DNA of 64,000 nucleotides, taken from NCBI GenBank assembly GCA_009838195.1, contig VXSC01000036.1:157300-221299 (forward strand), in the 5' to 3' direction. Numbering within the stretch: position 1 is the stretch's first letter; the number at the start of each line of letters is the position of its first letter. The notes below the pieces were generated by a model. It was not told the DNA's origin. It did no database searches and saw only the letters and a list, made by a program, of their open reading frames with translations. This stretch comes from Rhodothermaceae bacterium (GTDB taxonomy: Bacteria > Bacteroidota > Rhodothermia > Rhodothermales > Bin80). Below, piece by piece: positions 28,271 through 38,100 of the stretch. The position numbers and the translations under genes are program-made.

Positions 28271-31200
28271 ATGTTAGAAAGAATCATTGAGGGGTCGGTT
28301 AAAAACCGCTTCCTGGTCGTCCTCTTAACCCTTTTGATTGGAGCCGCCGGTGTGTACGCATTGGTTCAGACACCAGTGGACGCTATCCCTGATCTGAGCG
28401 ACATTCAGGTCATTGTTCACACTGAGTATCCCGGGCAAGCTCCACAGGTCGTTGAAGATCAGGTTACCTATCCCCTGACAACCGCTATGCTTGCCGTCCC
28501 ATTTGCAAAGGTCGTACGAGGCTATTCATTTTTTGGCTCGTCGTTCGTCTACATAATTTTTGAAGACGGCACCGACCCGTACTGGGCACGAAGCCGCGTA
28601 TTGGAATATCTGAACTATGTAGGTGACCGACTTCCTAGCGGCGTAACCCCTGCATTGGGGCCGGACGCTACTGGTGTGGGGTGGGTGTTTGAATACGTAC
28701 TTAGCAGCGATAACCGTCACGATCTCCAGCAGCTACGCGCCATCCAGGACTGGTTTCTTCGCTACGAGCTGATGAGTGTGCCGGGGGTGGCTGAGGTGGC
28801 CTCCATTGGAGGCTATGTGAAGCAATACCAGGTCGAGGTTGATCCCAACAAGCTCTTGGCTTACAATGTGCCGTTGTCCAAAGTTCGCACGGCCCTGCAG
28901 CGAAGTAACAGCGATGTGGGCGGTCGCCTGATTGAGATGGGCGAAACCGAATTTATGGTACGCGGCCTAGGTTACATCCAATCCATTGACGATGTGGAGA
29001 ATACACCTGTCGGGGTGGATGAGAATGGCACTCCGATACTCATCCGTAACATCGCTCATGTACATCTGGGGCCCGAGTTGCGGCGCGGACTCATTGACTG
29101 GAACGGTGAGGGGGAAACCGTAGGCGGCATTGTCGTAATGCGCTATGGGGAAAACGCGCTCAAGACAATTGATGCTGTGAAGGAAAAATTGGAAGAATTA
29201 AAAAGAGGATTACCGGAAGGGATCACGATCCAGACTGCCTACGACCGCAGTGGCCTGATCAAACGAGCCATTACCAACCTCAAAGAAAAGCTGTTGGAAG
29301 AAAGCATCATCGTCGCACTCGTAATCATGCTATTCCTGCTGCACGTCCGAAGTGCCTTTGTAGTTATCATCACCCTGCCCCTGGGCATACTCATTGCATT
29401 CTTCGTCATGCACATCCAGGGCCTGAATGCCAATATTATGTCACTCAGTGGAATTGCCATCGCCATCGGGGCCATGGTAGACGCTGCGATCGTGATGGTA
29501 GAAAATGCCCATAAGCATCTTGAGCGCCATGCGGGAAAAAAGGATCGTTGGCGCATTGTTGTGGATGCGACCAAGGAAGTTGGCCCGGCACTTTTCTATT
29601 CGCTGCTGATCATCACACTTTCTTTCCTTCCGGTTTTCACTCTGCAGGCGCAAGAGGGGCGACTCTTCAAGCCCCTGGCTTTTACGAAGACATATGTGAT
29701 GGCTGCCTCTGCCCTTTTGTCCATCACGATCGTCCCTGTCCTGATGGGATATTTTGTTCGTGGTAGAATCCTGCCCGAAAAGAAGAATCCACTTAGCCGC
29801 CTATTGATTGGGGCTTACCGTCCCGTGATTCAAGGCGTCCTTCGCTTCAGATGGTTGACGATTGTAGCCGCACTAATGATCCTCGGAGCCACGGCTTACC
29901 CGCTTGGAAAACTTGGCAGCGAATTCATGCCGCCTCTGAATGAAGGGGACCTTCTCTACATGCCTACAACAGATCCCGGTATCAGCATCACCAAGGCCAA
30001 GGAAATTCTGCAACAGACCGACAAGATTATCAAAAGTTTTCCCGAGGTTGAACACGTCATGGGCAAGGCTGGGCGGGCCGAAACGGCGACCGATCCGGCC
30101 CCGCTATCCATGTTAGAGACAACCATTACACTAAAACCGGAGCATGAATGGCGCGAAGGCATGACGATGGATCAACTCATCCGTGAACTTGATGACGCAA
30201 TCAACTTTCCCGGTTTGACAAACGCATGGACAATGCCCATCAAGACTCGCATTGACATGCTCTCAACGGGAATCAAAACCCCCGTGGGCATCAAGCTCAT
30301 GGGGCCGGACTTGACGGTACTTTCGAACCTCAGTCAACAGGTCGCTGCCGTGGTACAGACGATTCCTGGTACGCTGAGTGCGTTCCCGGATAAAGCCGTT
30401 GGAGGCAACTTTCTTGACTATAAGATCAACCGCGGAGAAGCTGCCCGATACGGGCTCACCGTAGGTGACGTACAGGACGTAATCATGTCGGCCATCGGGG
30501 GGATGAATATAACGCAGACCGTTGAGGGTCTAGAACGGTATCCGGTCAACGTTCGCTATAGCCGAGAACTGCGCGACAATTTACCGGCACTGAATCGGGT
30601 CTTGATTCCAACGCCCACAGGAGCCCAGATTCCGCTTAGTTATGTGGCTGATTTCAGTATTGTCAAGGGACCACCGGTGATCAAGAGTGAAAACGCGCGC
30701 AAGACATCCTGGGTTTACGTTGATATTCGTGATACTGATGTGGGTTCGTATGTGAGCCATGCCCGTACGGCCATCAACGAGCAGGTGATCTTCCCCGAGG
30801 GATACAGCATTGTCTGGAGTGGTCAATATGAGTATATCGAACGTGCCCGACAGCGCCTACAATTAGTCGTGCCCATCACCCTGCTTGTCATCTTTGTACT
30901 GCTTTATTTGAATTTTAAAAGTGTCACCGAAAGTTTGATCGTGATGCTGTCCTTACCGTTTTCGGTCGTTGGCGGAATCTGGCTACTTTATGTATTGGGT
31001 TATCATCTCAGTGTCGCGGTTGGTGTAGGCTTTATTGCGCTTGCGGGTGTCGCCGCTGAAACGGGAGTGATTATGCTGATCTACCTGAACCAGGCCTACA
31101 GGGAAAAGCTGTCGCAGGGACAGATGAATTCGCTGAAGGACCTTTATGATGCTATCATTGCAGGTGCTGTTGATCGTGTGCGACCTAAGATGATGACTGT

Positions 31201-31405
31201 CATTACCATCATGGCCGGGTTGTTACCCATCCTATGGGGCACCGGCACAGGTTCAGAAGTGATGAAGCGTATTGTCGCCCCAATGGTGGGCGGAATGATA
31301 TCTTCGACAATTTTGACTCTTATCGTGATCCCGGTAATCTACTACCTGTGGAAAAGTCACGCGTTACGGCGACAGACAAAGGCGGACTCACTGATGAGAG
31401 CCTGA
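28271..31405 (+). CDS. cusA: Heavy-metal efflux RND transporter (CusA-like, Cu(I)/Ag(I))
   Basis: 12-TM RND architecture with AIGAMVDAAIVMVEN. Met residues in LLYMPTT, APLSMLETT and RIDMLSTG (M564/M614/M663) have the same 50/49 spacing as the E. coli CusA M573/M623/M672 triad. Confidence 0.9.
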   Translation: MLERIIEGSVKNRFLVVLLTLLIGAAGVYALVQTPVDAIPDLSDIQVIVHTEYPGQAPQVVEDQVTYPLTTAMLAVPFAKVVRGYSFFGSSFVYIIFEDGTDPYWARSRVLEYLNYVGDRLPSGVTPALGPDATGVGWVFEYVLSSDNRHDLQQLRAIQDWFLRYELMSVPGVAEVASIGGYVKQYQVEVDPNKLLAYNVPLSKVRTALQRSNSDVGGRLIEMGETEFMVRGLGYIQSIDDVENTPVGVDENGTPILIRNIAHVHLGPELRRGLIDWNGEGETVGGIVVMRYGENALKTIDAVKEKLEELKRGLPEGITIQTAYDRSGLIKRAITNLKEKLLEESIIVALVIMLFLLHVRSAFVVIITLPLGILIAFFVMHIQGLNANIMSLSGIAIAIGAMVDAAIVMVENAHKHLERHAGKKDRWRIVVDATKEVGPALFYSLLIITLSFLPVFTLQAQEGRLFKPLAFTKTYVMAASALLSITIVPVLMGYFVRGRILPEKKNPLSRLLIGAYRPVIQGVLRFRWLTIVAALMILGATAYPLGKLGSEFMPPLNEGDLLYMPTTDPGISITKAKEILQQTDKIIKSFPEVEHVMGKAGRAETATDPAPLSMLETTITLKPEHEWREGMTMDQLIRELDDAINFPGLTNAWTMPIKTRIDMLSTGIKTPVGIKLMGPDLTVLSNLSQQVAAVVQTIPGTLSAFPDKAVGGNFLDYKINRGEAARYGLTVGDVQDVIMSAIGGMNITQTVEGLERYPVNVRYSRELRDNLPALNRVLIPTPTGAQIPLSYVADFSIVKGPPVIKSENARKTSWVYVDIRDTDVGSYVSHARTAINEQVIFPEGYSIVWSGQYEYIERARQRLQLVVPITLLVIFVLLYLNFKSVTESLIVMLSLPFSVVGGIWLLYVLGYHLSVAVGVGFIALAGVAAETGVIMLIYLNQAYREKLSQGQMNSLKDLYDAIIAGAVDRVRPKMMTVITIMAGLLPILWGTGTGSEVMKRIVAPMVGGMISSTILTLIVIPVIYYLWKSHALRRQTKADSLMRA

Positions 31406-31478
31406 GGGGCTGATTGCCCTCTTGAAAACGTCGAATCCAAGGATAATTCAGTCGTTAGCCTGAGTAGCTGGGCCCTTC

Positions 31479-32981
31479 CTATACCGCCCACCCCTCGCGA
31501 TACTCACGGGTCATGAACTCATGCGGAACGTTTTCGCTGAGTACCTTCATGTTCTCGGCATCCCAGGTAATCTGTTCCCCGGTACGCAACGCAATGGTAC
31601 CCAAACAGGTCGCTTCGGCGAGATCTGCGATATTTATAAAGCTCCCCCGGCTTTGCTTGCCCTCCCGGATTGCTTCCATGTACTCGTCCACAGAATCTTT
31701 CACCTCTTCTGCAGGCCTACTTGCTGGCAAGGATCCCTGAAGAGCAGTCATTCTACTTTCGGGTAGAAGCCGAAAATTAGACCCAAGGAAATTCCCGAGA
31801 ATCGTTCCATATTCACCCACGTATAGTACTCCCTGATTGGGAAGTTGCTCACCCGGTGCCAATAAACCCTTCGCTACGCGTGGTTTCATGCCACCGTCAT
31901 ACCAGAAAATATCCAAATCCCGATGCTCAAAATGCACTGTACTTGCCGTTGGGAACGCGACTTCCGAACGGCGCCACTGACTTTGATTCCCCACAATGGT
32001 TGCACCTGTGGCAGCGTTGGATTCCACGCGAATCACCGGACCAGGGTTCAGCATCCGGTAGGTCCTCCATAAGCTGTATTGTCCCATATCCCCCAGACAA
32101 CCGCTGCCAAACTCAAACCATCCCCGGAAAAGTGCATGGGTGTAATCAATGTGGTAGGGACGATCCGGCACACATCCCAACCACAGATCCCAGTTCATCC
32201 CATCGGGGACTGCCATCTCCTCTTTGGGATTCTCGATCCATCCTTGGGGCCATATAGGGCGATTGGACCAATTATGAACCTCTTTCACCTTCCCGATCAC
32301 CCCTTGGTCCAGCCATTCCCATAGCTGATAAAGTGCCGGATCATTGTTCCACGCCATAAGATGAGTGGTTACATCTGTTTCTTTGGCAATTCGAACGCTA
32401 TGATGCACTTCATGCAGCGTGTTGGCAAGTACCTTGTGGGAAACCACCGCCTTGCCTGCCTTCATCCCCGCAATATTCACCGCCCCGTGAAGATGTTCAG
32501 GTGTCATGTCAATGATGGCATCAATGCCCTCAGATTCGGCCAGCATCTCTCTGTAATCCGCATAAAGCTTTAGACCTTCCCAATCACCCTGCCCACGCTC
32601 GTTCGCATAATACCCCTCAACCACCTCCTTCACGGCCATTAGCCCAGCCCGAATGCCTGTTTCGGATCCCCAGTTGGGATTACCAAGAAATTCACGTATT
32701 GAATTGCGGAGGCCATGGGGGCTCCAGTCGCGATAATCCTCCGAGTCTGTATTGGGATCACAGATTGCAACCAGATTGAGATCCTCCCTTGGCAGCCAAT
32801 CGCTCATCAACTGACGTAAGGCCTGCGTTCCGCAGCCGATCAGTGCGACGTTGACCCGGTCACTGGGAGCAATACGACCCGGCCCGCCAAAAACTTGCCG
32901 GGGGAGCACCGCGGCAACAGATGCAGCCCCGGTAGTGGTCGCAATAAATTCGCGTCGATTGAAATTTTTTATTCGTGACAT
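31479..32981 (-). CDS. TAT-exported Gfo/Idh/MocA family oxidoreductase
   Basis: Twin-arginine signal NRREFIATTTGAASVAAV, a Rossmann segment VNVALIGCGTQA, and a glycoside-hydrolase-like C-terminal domain typical of this family. Confidence 0.8.
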   Translation of the reverse strand: MSRIKNFNRREFIATTTGAASVAAVLPRQVFGGPGRIAPSDRVNVALIGCGTQALRQLMSDWLPREDLNLVAICDPNTDSEDYRDWSPHGLRNSIREFLGNPNWGSETGIRAGLMAVKEVVEGYYANERGQGDWEGLKLYADYREMLAESEGIDAIIDMTPEHLHGAVNIAGMKAGKAVVSHKVLANTLHEVHHSVRIAKETDVTTHLMAWNNDPALYQLWEWLDQGVIGKVKEVHNWSNRPIWPQGWIENPKEEMAVPDGMNWDLWLGCVPDRPYHIDYTHALFRGWFEFGSGCLGDMGQYSLWRTYRMLNPGPVIRVESNAATGATIVGNQSQWRRSEVAFPTASTVHFEHRDLDIFWYDGGMKPRVAKGLLAPGEQLPNQGVLYVGEYGTILGNFLGSNFRLLPESRMTALQGSLPASRPAEEVKDSVDEYMEAIREGKQSRGSFINIADLAEATCLGTIALRTGEQITWDAENMKVLSENVPHEFMTREYREGWAV

Positions 32982-33211
32982 GACTCTCTGGAGTTGTTGA
33001 ATACCTAAGCCTATAAGTTAGCACAATTGTTCGGCTTTTGCACGATCAATTATCTATCACCGTGCCTGGAACTCAAATCAGGGACAGGGCAGGCTGCTGC
33101 AATCAGTCATTCACATAAATCCTGGTGATTTCTGTCGGGCAAGATGCCGGTCTGATGCAACGAATGCCCTATATTTCAAGTTCTCATGAATCACGACTAG
33201 AGACCTGTAGC

Positions 33212-34744
33212 ATGGCACTTCGATTTCGCAATTTCCTGACCCTGTCAGTCATCCTCGTCTGCTTTGGTCATTACCAAAGCACGGCCCAAGAAGTGACGTA
33301 TCAGGAGCTATTTCGACCGCAATTCCATTTCTCACCCGCCATCAACTGGATGAATGACCCAAACGGGATGGTGTATTATGATGGAGAGTACCACCTTTTT
33401 TACCAGCACAACCCCGAAGGTATTCGATGGGGACACATGAGCTGGGGCCACGCAATCAGCACAGATTTGGTCCACTGGACGCACATGCCACTTGCACTCC
33501 CAGAGACGGATAGCACGATGGCATTTTCTGGAAGTGCCGTGGTAGACTGGCAGAATACATCCGGCTTCTCTACTTCCGAAGAACCTCCCCTAGTTGCCAT
33601 CTATACCGCACATTACCCCGACCAGAGAAAACAAGCGCAATATCTTGCTTATAGTAATGACCGCGGAAGAACATGGATACCCTATGAAAATAACCCCGTA
33701 CTTGATATTGGGATGGCGGACTTCAGGGATCCAAAGGTGTTCTGGTATGCCCCCGAGGAAAAATGGGTCATGGTTATCGCGTTATCCCTTGAGCGAAAAC
33801 TCCACTTCTATGAATCCAGGGACCTAAAGGAATGGAATTTTTTAAGCTCCTTCGGACCTGCTGGCAATGCAGACGGGATTTGGGAATGTCCCGATCTATT
33901 TGAGCTGGATATAGAGAATGAGCCGGGCGTGTCGCGCTGGGTACTTGAGGTGGATCAGGGAAGCGAGGCGATCGCGGGAGGATCCGGTGGCCAATACTTC
34001 GTGGGAGACTTTGATGGGACGACCTTCACGCCAGGGCATTCGGATACACGTTGGGTGGACTACGGAAAAGATTTCTATGCTGCTGTGTCCTGGTCAGATG
34101 TACCGGCAGACGACGGACGTAGGATTTGGTTGGGATGGATGAACAACTGGTTGTACGCAAACGATATTCCGACCTACCCATGGCGAAGTGCGCAAAGCAT
34201 TCCACGTACATTAACCCTGCGGCGCATCGACGATGAACTGCACCTAGTCCAGCGCCCTGTGGAAGAATTACAGACCTTGCGCCGAGATCAATTGCGGATC
34301 GAAGATCAGATTCTCACTGGTGTCATGGATCTTGGAGAAGCGTTTGCTAGGAAGTCGATGGAGCTTCTGGTTGAATTCGAGATCGGAGATAGCGACGAGG
34401 TTGGCCTTCGTGTTCACACTTCAGATGACGAGGCGACCGAGGTCAGCTTTAACTTCCTGCGCGGAACGATTTCTGTTAATCGCCGCGAGTCAGGGAAGAT
34501 AGATTTTCACCCGACCTTTTCGGGACACTATCATGGCCCGGTACATGGATTTAAAACCCGGGTCCAACTGCATATTTTTGTGGACTGGTCTTCCATTGAA
34601 GTATTTGCCGAGGATGGGGCCGTTGTTTTTACGAACCAGATCTTCCCCGCAATGGAGAGTAACCGTCTGGAGCTCTACGCAAAAGGAGGTCCGGCACGTT
34701 TGGTATCACTGGATGTCTGGACACTGGACTCAATCTGGAAATAG
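33212..34744 (+). CDS. Glycoside hydrolase family 32 (beta-fructofuranosidase / levanase / inulinase)
   Basis: WMNDPNGMVYYDGEYHLFYQHNP (nucleophile Asp), FRDPKVFW (RDP) and WECPDLF (acid/base Glu) motifs. Signal peptide from ATG 33212. Confidence 0.9.
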   Translation: MALRFRNFLTLSVILVCFGHYQSTAQEVTYQELFRPQFHFSPAINWMNDPNGMVYYDGEYHLFYQHNPEGIRWGHMSWGHAISTDLVHWTHMPLALPETDSTMAFSGSAVVDWQNTSGFSTSEEPPLVAIYTAHYPDQRKQAQYLAYSNDRGRTWIPYENNPVLDIGMADFRDPKVFWYAPEEKWVMVIALSLERKLHFYESRDLKEWNFLSSFGPAGNADGIWECPDLFELDIENEPGVSRWVLEVDQGSEAIAGGSGGQYFVGDFDGTTFTPGHSDTRWVDYGKDFYAAVSWSDVPADDGRRIWLGWMNNWLYANDIPTYPWRSAQSIPRTLTLRRIDDELHLVQRPVEELQTLRRDQLRIEDQILTGVMDLGEAFARKSMELLVEFEIGDSDEVGLRVHTSDDEATEVSFNFLRGTISVNRRESGKIDFHPTFSGHYHGPVHGFKTRVQLHIFVDWSSIEVFAEDGAVVFTNQIFPAMESNRLELYAKGGPARLVSLDVWTLDSIWK

Positions 34745-35103
34745 CCTTGATGCCTCTGAGAGCGGTTGACTATTCGATACCCCCCGAGTAATTAGAGAAA
34801 ATCGTATCTCGCAATAAAGCACAATGGGAGGAAGGTCCGGTATGCCATCGCTGCAAGTTGACCACACACTGAATCTGCAGACTCGGTTGGCTTTAAAACA
34901 GTGAAGTGAGAAACCTGGAAACACTAAGGGATGCACTTGGACAAAATCCGTTTTACCTATCAGATTTGACCAACCAAAACATGCAGATACGGAAGCGAAA
35001 TCGACGGGTGGATGCTCATTGTTGGGTCTGTTTTGCCGGTATAGGGTAGAAATACCCGATTGCTAGGCTAGGAACAATGCCCAGGATCATCTGAGCTCAA
35101 GTC

Positions 35104-38100
35104 TCACCATATTCTTCTTAATTGCAGGCGTATTTGATGCTGGAATTGGGTTTTTTCCGTCATCGAGTCTCGTCCGGTTGCTCCAACAAAGAGTCGAAGG
35201 TGAGTTGGATTCGTGTGTGCGAATGCGAATTCCCAGCCCATTTGATACCTTCGTCGCGATTCCCGCCATTCAAGGCCAACTTCTGGTTGGGTAACGAGCC
35301 TTCCCCTCAGGACTTTGAAGCCATAGCCTGCTTCCAGCCTGAAGTCCCCGGGTCCAAACTTGCCGGAATCCGATGCATCCATGAAATGCGTTTCCAGGGT
35401 TTCTGCCCGCAGGAGGCGGTCCGTCCCACCGAACACCTCGGTGCCCATGGTTTGCTCTAGGCGGACATGGATGCCAGATTCAGAGTAAGGGGTCGGATCC
35501 CAGATGACTGCCGCCACCATTCCCTGCTCGTGCAGGCCTGGTGCTTGATGGGTCAATACGCCGCGTGCCTGTACTTCCATGCTCAGCCCCCGAGTCGACG
35601 TAGACACGACCAGTCCCGCGCTCATATCTATCCCGAAGCCCGTGTCTGCATCTCCTCCGTCATGCCGAACGGCTATCTCCAGGGCGGGCTCAATCCGTAC
35701 ATCACGCCCTAGTTGCATGCCACGCACGGTTCCTTTGAGCCCCAGACGCAGGCGTGTCATCTGGGCAACATCCCGTGAGAGTGCCTCGGTCTGACTCGCG
35801 GTGGTTCGTACCACCAAGGCGTCCGAGCGTAGCCCCAGTTCCAGTCGGCTGGCAATCGTCCGAACACGCCCATAGACACCCCCGCCGCCCATCATCAGAT
35901 GCAGGGGGCTCTGAAAACGCCGCGCACCTCCTCCGTCCAGCGTCAGGTCTCCGCGTCCATACCCTGTCACTGCCCAGACTCGTACACGGGAACTGATCAC
36001 ATAACAGACATTCGGATAGACTCCGGTCAGTCGTCCTGAAACCTGTCCGCTGTCCGATCCAAAATCATAGCCTCCGTCTGCATTCGTATAGTTTGCCAGA
36101 ACACCCAGTGAGATACCGTGCCGCCGCCAATTTGCCCCCACCATGCCGCTAGTTATTACCCCGTCTATCTTTGAAGCATTTTCTGAACCTTGGAACCGCG
36201 AGCGGGCTCCCTGTCCCCAGAAGGTAACCCCCTGGTCTGCTTCCGGATTCCCAACATGCCGGAAAGATGTTCCCCTCACCAGATTAGGCTGAATCAGCGT
36301 GTGAGTCATCACCGGCCCTGATTCGCCACTACTGGGGACGATCGAATCCAGATCCTTCCGCTTTAGACGCACGTAGTGGGGCAGAGATGACAGCGCGACG
36401 GGGTGTCCTGCCAGATAGACTCCATTGGGGCCAGGGCGTGACTGCCGCCCGTCGCACGCGGTTGCCTCCAGAATCTGATCCGCAACCACGCGCCCAAACC
36501 GAGCCATCCACGCCTGACGGATTCGTCCAGTTTGCAATACTTCACGCGGGGAACTGCTCAGATCTTCTGAAAATCCCGCGTCATCCAGAAACCGGACCCG
36601 AACCACTAGACGTGCACCTACATCCGCCGCCACCGGAACATACGTGTCTGCATCTGCACCTGAAATCGGAAGCGGCTGCCTCGCCTTCATCCGAAACCAT
36701 TGATAGCGGTAGTTATAAGGCGGACTGCCTCGCTCTGCGTTACTGGTTCCATCCACATCCGTGATCTCTTGCGTGGACACCCGAAGCGGCTCGCCCACCT
36801 GCATGTACCCGAGGATTTCGGGCTGTCCCGTAGCGGCGTCATTGACCGATTCCACAACAACCGTCAACGTAGCCGACGAATGGCTCTCCAATGTCCCATC
36901 GCTCACCTGAAAGGTGAAACTCGTGTACGGCAGCCCATACCCATCTACCACCGGCACAAACACCAACGCTCCCACACCAATCTGCTCAACCGCCACCAGC
37001 GTATTGGCGACCACCTCGGTTCCCTCCAATGTGAGCGTGCCGACCTGTGGGCGCGCCGTTATTCGGACCCCTCTCAATGGATCTCCATCCGGGTCACTAT
37101 ACCCGAAGTCTGAGACCTGAAACCGGTACGGAGTATCCTCTATTGCCGTCACCGTGACATCTCTGGCAACGGGCGCCGTCTCGGTCTGATTGGTGATCGT
37201 GAGTACAATCTCCGCTGGAGGCGTTATACCTTGGGCATTGGTCGCGGCTCCCTGTACCGTGACCATTTTGTCCGCAGTATGCACATCATTATCCACCGCG
37301 GTGATCGTCACCTCTCCCGTACTGGTCGTTGCTCCGGCCGCAATCGTGAGCGTCCGGTTGGAGCTCAGCGAATAGTCAGATGTGGTGGCCGGTTCCTGAG
37401 GCTGTACGGTGATCGTCACCGCAGTCTCTTCACTGGATGGCCGGTCCAGACGTGCCGTGACGGTCGAAACGCCCCCGGCTTCGCTGATGGATGCAGGAGA
37501 CACGGTCAGCGTTGCCACGGGGGCCGGATCCTCATCGGTGAGCATGAGCACGGTTCCGGTCACATTCATCCCCTCCACGGGCGTCGTCCCCGTAACCAAG
37601 ACCGTCTCATCAGGCTCGTCAATGTTATCTGGAGTTGGAGTAATGGTAAACCTCCCAGCCCCGGAAATCTGATCCGCCGAAATTGTGATATCAAAGGACG
37701 ACACTGCGCTGTAGTCGGTTCCTGCCGCAGCGATGCCATCCCCCACCGATACCGTTACCTCAGTGTCGGCCCCGCGCGCGACATCCAGCGTCGCAGTCAC
37801 GGTCACAGCCGTGCTTCCCGCATCTTCATTCACCTCAGATGGAGCGACCGCAAGCGCGACCCCCGTGGCCTCGTCATCATCAATTATCGTCAGCACGACC
37901 TCTGTGGAAGGGGGAATTCCCTGGGCGTTGACCGCGGTCCCCTGTACCATTACCTTCCTGTCCGCAGTATCAACCTGATTATCTATCGCGGTGATGGTCA
38001 CCTCCCCGATACTTATCGTACTTCCTGCAGCAATCGTTAGCATCGGGTTTGCGCTCAGCCTATAGTCGAACAAGGTGCGCAAATCCTGGGGCTCTGCAAA

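Noticed and set aside
34826-34956. RNase P RNA-like motifs in the 359-nt gap after the GH32 gene: GGGAGGAAGGTCCGG (34826-34840) resembles CR-I GAGGAAAGUCCGG, and ACAAAATCCGTTTTAC (34941-34956) resembles CR-V ACAGAAcCCGGCUUA.
   Set aside because: The two motifs are only about 115 nt apart, versus about 280 nt in bacterial type A RNAs. There is no recognisable specificity domain (P7-P14) or CR-II/III sequence, and the CR-I match is imperfect. This is most likely chance; an Infernal scan with RF00010 would settle it.
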